From NCBI RefSeq assembly GCF_000981445.1, contig NC_027216.1, positions 1,054,001-1,118,000 of the forward strand: a stretch of DNA of 64,000 nt. Reading direction: 5' to 3'. Under the pieces are notes generated by a model. That model did not search any database and was not told where the DNA came from. It saw only the letters and a program-made list of their open reading frames with translations. The position numbers and the translations under genes are program-made. Numbering within the stretch: the stretch's first letter is position 1; each line of letters opens with the position of its first letter. This document shows, in pieces, positions 53,824 through 64,000 of this stretch. This DNA comes from Babesia bigemina. Lineage: Eukaryota.

Positions 53824-54954
53824 TCATGGAGCTCTGCAACAGAGAGTCCTCGACAAACGGGTGAACAATTCTTGAGCCGAGGTATCCAGTGAGTTGAACC
53901 ATTCACGCGCCTGATCGGTAAAATCTCTTGGCGCACCTACGGAAGGACTAAAATGCATACGCATCCACCTCTCCGTGTACGTCCAGTAGGCCTTGAAAGG
54001 TCCATCCGCGAGCTGGTCCATATCCGGCACATCGTCAAGATTGGCCTCGCACCTAGAAACGAAGGACGCATTCGGCACAACTGGCATTGATTTGGGCTCA
54101 CTGATACTTTCAGTTGTGATACACCTCAAAATCTCCCTCCAGGCCTCAGGTCCCCTAGTGATCACAGAACTCGTACGAGTGAGAAGTGCCACTACGCGGT
54201 CACCGGATGTGTCGCCGAGATACGTCAGCAACGCACTAAGGTTCAGCAATTTGAAGAGGCTGCCCATAGCGCCCAAATGTTCCGAATCGCTCCACTTGTC
54301 GAGTGCTTGGTTTATCGTGTCAACAACCCAGATGCCTGTCGGAATCGTCGGAGCATCAAGCGATCCGTGATCCTCAACAACGCGGAACTCATTGTTTTCC
54401 ATTTCCGTTACGCTAGATGAGTCGCCGAGGCCCAAGCAGCCGCTAACAATGGGCTGGCAAGATTGACATTCCGTGCTTGCCACCAAGCAGCTCTGTGCAA
54501 GGGATGGAACGATTTCACGTACACATTTGAGCGCAACTTCTTGATTCGTCATTAACTCGTACAGACGCTCGTTGCAGTAATCCTGCATCTGCGAAAAGTC
54601 TTGCGTAAAGCTTCGGCGATCGTCAATCGAGGCAACACCGACACCATCGAGATAGGATTCTCCTCCATCGTACGCTTCTATAGCCTGCACACCATTGTCA
54701 GCATATTCGGAGTCATGATTTACCTCGTGATCGTCGCCGTTAAGCTCAGGTGCATCATTCTCCTTGCTGTCAGCGGCGATGACCTCTGCGTGGACGCTTG
54801 GATCGCCGGAAGAGAAAGGACTATTACCAGTTGACAATTCGGCACTACGAGCTGGCGTTTCCTTTGTTAATTCACCGTTAACGAGCTCGGTCTCCGACTC
54901 ATCAACGACGATCTCGCCGGCGGGGTGCGAGGCAGCCGAGACCGCCTCTTTCAT
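53824..54954 (-). CDS. Hypothetical acidic protein with possible C-terminal HMG-box-like segment
   Basis: Long ORF with likely ATG at 54954. PFKAYWTY...AREWFNSLDTSAQELF resembles HMG-box helices. Confidence 0.5.
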   Translation of the reverse strand: MKEAVSAASHPAGEIVVDESETELVNGELTKETPARSAELSTGNSPFSSGDPSVHAEVIAADSKENDAPELNGDDHEVNHDSEYADNGVQAIEAYDGGESYLDGVGVASIDDRRSFTQDFSQMQDYCNERLYELMTNQEVALKCVREIVPSLAQSCLVASTECQSCQPIVSGCLGLGDSSSVTEMENNEFRVVEDHGSLDAPTIPTGIWVVDTINQALDKWSDSEHLGAMGSLFKLLNLSALLTYLGDTSGDRVVALLTRTSSVITRGPEAWREILRCITTESISEPKSMPVVPNASFVSRCEANLDDVPDMDQLADGPFKAYWTYTERWMRMHFSPSVGAPRDFTDQAREWFNSLDTSAQELFTRLSRTLCCRAP

Positions 54955-55103
54955 GCGTCTCCTTGATTTACACATTTGCAGCTTCATGTCGAAAAAGTTG
55001 CACGAGCAATTCTTTCGGTGTGTCACGCGACACCAGCCTAACGCCTTGTGCACCAGCACCCCAAGCATCCCGGCAGTTATACATCGGCAAGGGAGGTGGA
55101 GCA

Positions 55104-57055
55104 ATGGTTGGCGACTTATTTACCGTGGCTAATTTTACCGCAGTTCAAACGCCCGGAGCTGGGCAACATCAGTTTGATCGGCGCAAAGGACCGCAAATTG
55201 TTGCGGGCACGCCTGATCAACGCACTGTCACTGGACGATACACAGGCCGACGCGTTGCTTCCAAACAAGACGCCGATAACGTATTCTAAAGTTTCAGGCA
55301 CGCGGCATCTCGTATACATCGCCGGTGCCGACCCCTGGCTGGTGCAGCTACAGGATGGACGAATGTTCCCCACGGTATCCTTCTTTCGCACCTTTTCACA
55401 TCTAACATAGATTTACGCGCTGTGGAGCGCCACAGATCTGCTACCAGCGCTTCGAATACACCGCGCAGTGCTCACTTACGTAATGCGTGGAGCGCATCTT
55501 ATGATTCCAGGAGTGCTCAATTGGCCGTGTGACATAAAACCCGGTTCAATGGCCGCTGTCGTAGTCGAAGGCAGCCCGTTAGTTTCCCACTGTTGCTTTT
55601 TTGCCGCATGGTATGCAGCTTTCCTGTGGCCGTGGGAGTTTACGAAGGTTCCTTTGACGAACGGGGAAACGTACGCACCTCTGGCAGGGCAATGGAGATC
55701 TTGCATTATTACACAGACGGCCTCTGGTTAGTCATATGTGAGCGCAGAAACATAACTGTGGCGACAGGAAGATGAGTTCCAAGGCCCTTCCAAGCGAGTC
55801 GTCATCAAATGACGAAATAAACGTGGAACAGGGTGGCAACACGTCACAGTCGGAGAAAAGCAAGCTCTCCCAACCGCACCAAATACAAAATAACACAAGT
55901 TACGTTGATGTCACAAATTTACAATCGGACATATCTGCGGAGACTCAGAATGGCAGTCAACAACAAGTTGACGCAACTAACACCGCGGCGTCAGGACAGA
56001 GCGCCGAATCCAGTTGTCCAAAGAGCGGTTAGTCGGTTATAACACGCATATGTATCCCCTATTACAGAGAATGCACCTGCTGCGGATCCTTATGCGTCAC
56101 CGCAAGGTCACGACAAAAAATCGACGGAGTCCGTAGCGTTCAATGTCAAGCTGGTGGATCATGTGTTACGGCTATGTTTCCTGCAAACAATCCACGGAAT
56201 AACGGATGCACAGTTGCCCATGGAAATAAGCGCTCTTTACAGCCAAATGACAGCAGACGGTACACGACTTTTAGCAACGTCGAAATTCAAGCAACTCCTA
56301 AAGCAAGCCGATCTTTGGGATGATAACATATCGCCGCAATACTCCGCTCAATTGATCTCCTACCGCAATTCGTCCTTCAAAAAGCTTGCCAAAATGTTCC
56401 AGACATGGGCGAAGGAAGGAATCATAACGATGAAGGACTTGCGGGGTACAGCAACGGTTGTGAATATAAATCGGAACCATGAGGCATTTATCCAATTCAC
56501 TCCAATAAACTTGGTACATTTAAAGGAAGCTGGAACTTCGAAGAATGACAAAGTCAGAGTAAAGCGCTTTCTTGCTTTCTCTTCTTCGCAGAGGAAGGCG
56601 ATGGCTGAGCGTGGCCTGAATGTGCAAAAGGAGCCGATGCCACTTGAGCAGTTTAAGCAATTCATCATAGATCATGTTACCAAGGAAGGTGACGCCATCC
56701 TCGCTTTCGTTAACGATGCCGCACAGTACCACCAAGTGCTGCGCGGAGAAGAAGCTTCCGCCATACGCAAGGGGGCGGTGCAGCCAGTAACCGTTACCAT
56801 AGAACCACGTGGAAACCGCAAACACATAACAATTGTCAAAGGGTTGTTTAATTTCCTGTTCAATGTGGACGAATCAGCGGTTGCAGAAGCCTTGAGACGT
56901 AAATTTGCGAGCTCGGTGTCTGTCAACAACGGCGTGATTATGATACAGGTAACAAATGCGCCAACATCCATCAAAATGCGCAGGGCAAAGTGGAAATCAA
57001 ACGCGAGCTTGTCGAGCAGTTCGGCCTGTCACAGCAGCACATCCAGTTGCAATAG
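55104..57055 (+). CDS. eIF2D: Translation factor eIF2D (ligatin): PUA + SWIB-like + SUI1, multi-exon
   Basis: ATG-only first coding exon (intron 55107-55143) gives MFKRP. Also GAHLMIPG (PUA), SSFKKLAKM and RGNRKHIT...LRRKFASSVS...IQG (SUI1). Confidence 0.87.
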
Positions 57056-57057
57056 CC

Positions 57058-58057
57058 TCAGAACGTCATGCGGTAATGATTGTTTTCGCTCTTGGGCTTC
57101 ACAACCTTCTCCCAGTTCTGCAAGTGATGCAACCGTTTTTATTCACCTCACCTTGCATAGCAGATCATATATCATGCTATAGTTGTTCCGCATATCCACG
57201 TTGGTTATCTTTATGTGAATCCACTCCTTCTCGTCGAGCTCGCGTATAGCCTAGCAAACGTTGTTAAATTACAAGACATTAGAGTGAATACCTCAGTGTA
57301 GTCGCATACATTGGGGTACTTTATAACTTTGGTGCACAACTTAGCCCTGAGCAACATGTCAAGATGGTACAGCGAATTGCACCCACCTCGCCATGTAATA
57401 TTTGACTATGGAGTCAAAAAGGTTGAAGGCTGTATCTTCTACTCGAGTGAGTTCTAGTATCACCTCCTCCTGAATCCCTACTCCGAAGTTGTTGCCATCT
57501 TCGATACGTGGGACGTTCAGCTGGATCCAGAGCTTTATATTACCGATCTGAGGACACAATAAGATGCTGTTGAGCACATGTTAAGTTCACGTCGGGTAAA
57601 GGCAATATATACTCACAATTTCTATAAGCTCTGACGCTTCCGCTTTTATAGCTTCCAGTTCGTCCAATATTTGCTTGTGCGACGGCGTTATTATACGGCT
57701 GTCTTCCTCCGGCTGCAATCTTTAGGGGGGAATACAACGAATTATACCTCTTCTACGCTCCTCTTCTGTCTTTTGCTGGCAGATTCGTCTACAGCGGAAA
57801 CGCGATAAGTCACGGAATCAAGATCGCGAGAGTGAAATAGCCCACTAGCTGATGCCTTCTCCTTCTGATCGAGTATAGAAACTAAATTCGGCACGCATAC
57901 CCACCACAAGTTTGCTGAAATGGAGGATCTTGCGAGGAATCCTCTCGCGCAATGAGTCGAGGGCAAGTCGAGTAACCTCCTCTTTAAAAGCAATGTGTTG
58001 CTCTTTTACTGCCGAATCGACCGGATCAACAGACAGGCCGTTGATTCTATTGTCCAT
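57058..58057 (-). CDS. PA28: Proteasome activator PA28 (11S), multi-exon
   Basis: Activation loop IKLWIQLNVPRIEDGNNFGVGIQEE, plus KYP.V.DY and NWEKVVKPK. Confidence 0.93.
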
Positions 58058-58679
58058 TGTGCATCAATTTTCAGCGTCAATACAAATTGACGGTCGCAGC
58101 AGCGACGGAGTGTAGGGATTATACTAGCGGGCTACACATTCGTCGTGCCGTGGGAAAATAGAAGCGCGAAACACTGTTACATCTCTATTACTATATATTT
58201 ACGTGGAATGAGCGGCGATGTGGTAATAGTTGGTGATCTTTTGACGAATGATACTGCCTCTATGTGAGGACAATATCACTGCGACATCTTTACCGTTCTC
58301 ATCTGCCATGTCGCAATTTTACGATATCGGTAACACTAACAACTCTAGCTACGATTGATACTAATACTCAAGCGGTGTTGCAAAGCCCGGACGAATGGCA
58401 TGCTGCAACGCCAAAAAGGAACCAGTATGCCACAGCCCAATCAACTAGCACAAGCGCTCCATGATACTTACTACCGACAGTCACAGCGTACAGATGACTA
58501 TAGGTGAAGAGATTGTCACAAATGGACTTTGCGGCTAACGTAAAAATAACAGGAAAACAAACAACATTCCACCTGCAAGTGCAACCTGCGATTTTATTTT
58601 GCGAAACAAGTTATTTATCGTAAGATAATGGTGACGCCAGTAAAGTTACGATGTAGTCGAAATGTGGTCCTGTTACGTC

Positions 58680-60488
58680 TCACGCAAATTCGTATTTGCT
58701 ACCAGGACGCAATTTCCCTCCATTGGCGTCCAATCTAGAGGACAGCTGACCCTTAGCAGCCAATACCAAGGCGAGGAATGGCGGGCTAGGCTTGTATGGG
58801 GTAGATTGGAACTCTGGGTGGAATTGGGTGGCGAAGAAAAACGGGTGGCTGGGGAACTCCAGCATTACCCTCCTCCGGCCGCTTGGGTCCGTTCCTGAAA
58901 ACACGAAACCCATATTTGTTATGCGATCGACGAAGTCTGGGTTTACCTCATAGCGGTGGCGATAACGCTCGCAAATCACGGTTTGATGGTCATACAGCTT
59001 GTAGGCTAAAGACCCGGGGAGGACGTGGGCCTCACGCACACCCAGACGCATGCTCCCACCCTTGGAACCATCACCGAGGAATTCGGGCATCGCGATAATA
59101 GCTTGATCCTCTAATGGCGCTTCCGCCATCTCTCCGTGAACGGCGTTCGGTGCAAACTCCCTAGCGATATCCAGCACCGCCAGTTGCAGACCAAGGCAAA
59201 TGCCGAGGAAAGGAACACCATTCTCTCGGCAGTACCGGATCGCAAGCATTTTACCGTTGGTACCACGTTCACCGAAACCACCAGGTACCACTACACCGGT
59301 AGCTCCTTGAAGCAACTCCTTCACTTGCGAAGGCTGCGCCTCCAGCTTCTCAGCCTCCAGGAAGAGTAGTTCCAGTGAATAGCCAGCATCCATAGCAGAA
59401 TGTTTTAACGCGTTCATAACAGAGAGATAGGCATCGTTAGCCGAATTGTACTTGCCTACCAGCGCTATTGTAACCTTGGTTGTGCTGGTGTTTATTAGAC
59501 TCCTCCAACTTTCTAAGGAATACAGTTTCGGGAGTGGCAAATCAGTCTTAGGCGTTATTTCCAGAAGCTTTATTATCTTCTGTGCAACGTTCTGCGATTC
59601 CAGTATAAGGGGGACATTGTACACGTCCGACGAATTATGAACGCTTATCACGTTATCCGGCTTCACTTGAGTGAAGAAAGCGATCTTTTCCTTAATAGCG
59701 GCAGTCAATTCAGTTACACAACGCCCAAAAATCATATCTGGTTGGAGACCTCGAGCCAGCAAGTTCTGGTTACGTATGAGAAAGCCAGTAACGCATCACC
59801 AACCTTCGCTGAATGTTGTGTGGGCTTGGACTTCTGCTCGTTGCTGTTGCCTACAACGGGCATGTACGACAACAGCAGAAGGCATGTGTTGTTGGAGCCG
59901 AATCTCAACCGCAATTGACGAATAGCCTCCATAAATATCTCGGACTCGATGTCACCTACAGTACCACCGATCTCAAGAAGGCAGACCTCCGGTTTGCGCC
60001 AACCCATGCGATCCACTGGCTCCTCGCTGACTCTGCTAATCCAATCAATGATCTCGTCGACTACATGGGGGACCATCTGGACAAGTTGAAAAAATTTGCG
60101 ACACACCGAGGCTTACTTGAACTGTCTTGCCGAGATAGCAACCACGGCGCTCCTTCTCAAACACATGGGTAAAAATCTTCCCTGTTGTGATTGAATGGTT
60201 TTTGCTTAGTCTGAGATTCAGGAATCTCTCGTAATTGCCCAGGTCTAGGTCACCTTCACCGCCATCTTCAAGGACGTACACCTGCATATCTATCGGACAG
60301 AAGAGCTAGAGACACACCTCTCCGTGCTCCTGAGGCGACATAGTCCCCGCATCGAGATTCAAATAAGGGTCTATCTTTATGGCAGTGCAGGAGATATTGT
60401 AGGAACGGAGGAGGACACCTAGACTGCTCATTACAGTGCCCTTGCCGACACCGCTCATGGTACCACCAATTACCACAACGTACTTCAT
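58680..60488 (-). CDS. CTPS: CTP synthase, multi-exon
   Basis: [39 protein letters not shown], and glutaminase motifs GICLG and FHPE. Confidence 0.97.
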
Positions 60489-60594
60489 CTTGACATGAAC
60501 AATTACCTAATTACCAGTAAATAGTGTTTTGATTCACGGAAGATAGCGGTAACGCATATCAAGGACAAATACAGCGACTCGTATAGGGGCGACT

Positions 60595-62496
60595 CTACAC
60601 GTCGGACACACCACGCTTCTCTGACAATGGTGATTATATTGTCTTATATTACACAAATACCTTTTACGCCGTTTACGAGGCAGCTTTGTAGGAATCGCTC
60701 ACGGAAATATCGTGTGTAAGGGTTAAGGGGCGATTCCTGCATATCGCCTACACGATGATGTTACTTTCGTCCGTCCACCTACCGCCATGGCTATCATAGT
60801 ACTGCCGCAAAGCAGCTGACAACATTTTTGAGAACATTTAATGATTTCTTACCCAACGTTGGCACTGACTCCGGGCGGAAGGTGGATATCATGTCAAGTG
60901 CAAGGGGAACACACACACGACCTGGAAGAACTCGTATAAACAGAATCTCGCTTATAACAAACCTGTTTTAGCATGGATGCAAAACGGGGACTTGAGAAGG
61001 TGGCCAATGTCTTTTGTAACAGCGGCATCAAGCCTCGGATATGAAAATGCGATCACCAATTCCCTAAACGCAGTAGGGAATGCATCCTTCCTCGCCTGTG
61101 ACCCGTGGGTGCTTTCGCGATACTCACACGGCGTTTCAACGTCCAATAGTTTGCAGAGGTCGTTGAAAAGTTCACATGAACTTGAAACCTGACTCTTCGT
61201 AACCCGTTGCAGCAGCTGATGAGCTTTGGGAAACCGGTCAGTTATGTAATCCTGCATGGATTGTAGGTGTGCCTCTTTCGCTAGGAAATTTTGCTCACGC
61301 AACAAATGGTCGAATGTGCGATAGCATATGTCGAAAGCGCGAAGCACTGCGGGGTGATCCTCGATCCCATAAAGGTTGACACGCTTCTTGTGCCCATCCG
61401 CACCTATCAGTGTCAAGTAGTCAACGATAGCGCTGCGAGCCTCACTAGATAACGCACGCGCACGTGCATCGCAAACCCAGCAATGGATCCCACGGCGGCC
61501 GGAATAAACCCATAAAATATCCTTGAAGCCAAAATCTTCCGTGAGGCTACGCGTTAAAATCTCCGCGGCGAGACTGATAAAACGCCAACACTTTTCACAA
61601 ATGCGCTTGTCCGAACAGCACGTTCGGAGATCGTCGTAATCGTTCATATCGATATCAAACACCAGCTCTCGTTCCACGGCGTGGAAGTTGCTTCCGCTAA
61701 GCTGCATAAGCGAAACGGGCTTGTTGTATACGGCGCCTGAGTCGCATGTGTCTAGTATGCGAACGTATATACAACAGCGGGTACGTATCACGTGTATCTT
61801 TTGCTAAAACGTCATATGAAGACCACGCAAAGGTCTTCACAATCCTATGTATGTGAATATAAAGTCTACTCGACCGGGCACGCATAAGGCAATCCAGTAC
61901 AACCAATTGGTTGCAAAGACTGCACTATATACGTATAATTGCGTCTCAGTCGTAGATGATGTCACACTATCCATGTGCGTAATAAAGGTGAATCGGAGCA
62001 TTTGTGCACGAATTTAATTACACACAAATCACACCAATATAAAACTGCCATACCATATCACAGACAAAAATATAAACTGCGGTGCAATTGTTAGTATAGC
62101 ACCTATGGAATCCTAACATCGGCGGATGAACCAATAGAATCCCTACCAATATCAATCTTGTATGGAACATTGTCCCGACCGTACAATACATTTTGAAGCT
62201 GCCTATGGCTTTCAAAACATTGCCATCTCATATAGTATTCGGTTGCGCTACCGCCCGTCTCGCGCTGGAATGTAAACGAGATCTCACGGCGAGGGAGAAG
62301 GCCGGCTGTCTTTTCGCCTGCACACCTTTTATAGAAGAAGACAAAATAAACCACTAACCTTCGTACGAAACCCATCTCACAAGATCGCGGACTGGGCAAA
62401 TTTTCTCTGTTAAAAATAACAACAAACAAACAACGACAAACCGTAATAGAAACGGAGATTGGATTCCGTGACGACAGCGTCATCAGAAAATTTCAT
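60595..62496 (-). CDS. PRIM1: DNA primase small (catalytic) subunit, multi-exon
   Basis: MKFSDD...LRFYY, REISFT, KIDIGAVY, ELVFDIDMNDYD, SGRRGIHCW and HLLKSPFCIH. Last exon boundary is less certain. Confidence 0.93.
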
Positions 62497-62570
62497 CGTT
62501 TAAAGCTTCTGGCCACATAGTCAGCACATAAGAAATGTTTGGCAGCTCTATATCTACATAGGTGTAGCAA

Positions 62571-62642
62571 TAGCAGCGCGCGGTTTCGATCCGCGGACCT
62601 GGGGGTTATGAGCCCCCCACTCTTCCTCTGAGCTACGCTGCA
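62571..62642 (-). tRNA. Initiator tRNA-Met (CAT)
   Basis: 72-nt cloverleaf with anticodon CAT, an all G-C anticodon stem and T-loop GATCGAAAC (A54, A60). Confidence 0.96.
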
Positions 62643-62733
62643 TCCATGGGAGACATCAATTATTAGCTCCACAAGCCTATTAATGTGCTACTTCAATGGC
62701 AACGCCCCATGCGTCTATGTATTTTACTACAAT

Positions 62734-63560
62734 TTAAGGATTGCTGTAGCTGTCACTGACACCATCTACGGGGTGGTTTGCGTAGTCGTCGCCCAGCTGA
62801 GATGTGCGGGGCATAAGAATGAATGTGTGGCCTGACCAACGTTGCCGAACGGCAACTTCGGCTATCTTCGCTCTGTATGGCATGCCGTCTGAACAATGTT
62901 GACAAATGCGGTGATAACCGTCATACCAGGCGTCTGAGGAGTGTAGTACGACAGGGCCCCAACAACGAGCGCACGTTCTCCCACGCTACAAACAGTTGGA
63001 GCTAAAAACAAACAGCATACCGAGCACGAGATTGGATATAATCCACGTTACCCTGACCATAAATCACAACTTTGTGCCACGATGTTCTCACAGCTCCCAT
63101 GCGGCCGCGCTTCAAACTGTTAAACCATACGCTTAAACCTACGTCGTTTGTTGCTATGGACAACCGCAGTGCCTTGTTACCGTTACCCAGCGATACTGGC
63201 TGATCAATAAAACCAATACGCCCGCACAGGGTCACCGTATTGAGAGTGGGAGACATCTACATATGATGAATGCTACTTAATACCGCCTACCCCTTCAGGA
63301 GCGCGAGGCGCATCGTCCATAAAATAGCCACCCGCATCATGTTTGTAATATTCATCATCGGCAGGCGACATACCACCCAATTCATCTTCTTGAGATTTCA
63401 TACATTGCACCGATCCTCGAATAGGCATAGATGAGGCGAGGAAGGCTGTGCAGACGGACGAGTTGGACAGACGAAGACAGTTGCCGTGCGCAAGCAGGGC
63501 GACCATGCAAAATAACGGAAGGACGCGACCCTTACGCTTCCATAATTCGAACATTCCCAT
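62734..63560 (-). CDS. SSB: Bacterial-type single-stranded DNA-binding protein, likely apicoplast-targeted, multi-exon
   Basis: Signal-peptide-like and transit-like leader. OB-fold motifs LNTVTLCGRIG, LSIATN, TSWHKVVIYG and VGERALVVGAL. Confidence 0.85.
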
Positions 63561-63627
63561 TGCGATATTTCCTCGATGGGATTTCAAAAGACAAACAAAA
63601 GGAAATGTGCAAATCGCACAACATCCT

Positions 63628-64000
63628 TTATCCAAACAGACGTTGACGGGTACATTCGGGGTCCTTCGTTTTCAGATAGGTGCTCACATCCTGCACACAT
63701 CTCAATAAAATGGTGTCAGTAACTACCTCTAGGTGTTTGCCGAAGTGATTAAGGCGTTCCTTGAGCGTATTATAGCGATAAGTAATGTTCTCGACAATAC
63801 GGAATTCGTTGGCTCTTTGCAGATTACATTCTAAAAGCTCGATAAACTTGTAGTCAGCATTCTAGTAACTATTGTCGGCAACGAAACAACAACTCACTTG
63901 AACAAACTGAAGGGTTCCCTCGCCGCCATTTAGAAAGATGAAGGCAAGAAACGATCTGGTAGACAGTGATATGTCATTCGAGGCAGACAAACTCGCTCTC
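63628..64000 (-). CDS. SAS6L: SAS-6-like protein, last exons; truncated at window end
   Basis: Spliced translation SFLAFIFLNGGEGTLQFVQ|NADYKFIELL...ITYRYNTLK...|DVSTYLKTKDP matches the SAS6L C-terminal pattern. Not in the ORF track. Confidence 0.75.

Overview
Gene-dense eukaryotic DNA from an apicomplexan piroplasm, most like Babesia sensu stricto (B. bigemina/ovata-like). The evidence is 33-41 nt GT-AG introns, a 6-Cys gene, a VESA-like family gene, GAP45, an ApiAP2 gene and a plastid-targeted SSB. The first ~4 kb is accessory-like: a 6-Cys 3' end and a VESA-like gene with an expanded 60-bp repeat. The rest is core genome: PiT phosphate transporter, a large 5-exon cNMP/EF-hand protein, EAF1-like HSA protein, NOT1, CBF5, RecQ, CAF-1 p150, DBP4, AP2-G-like factor, GAP45, PKA-R, TMEM184, SEC63, a MINDY-like protein, eIF2D, PA28, CTP synthase, primase small subunit, initiator tRNA-Met, SSB and SAS6-like. 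The most notable unexplained signal is a ~0.9-1.0 kb non-coding interval (about 15441-16474). It folds by hand on the + strand into nested long-range helices with a C/D (K-turn)-like motif and a repeated TGCCCA motif, and it matches no ncRNA class I could recognise. Other highlights: candidate intronic snoRNAs, a MINDY protein lacking both catalytic residues, a BED-like zinc finger on the AP2-G-like protein, GAP45 and PKA-R without Gly2, and an initiator tRNA with U1:U72. Family calls come from motif recognition by eye. No searches or folding programs were run.
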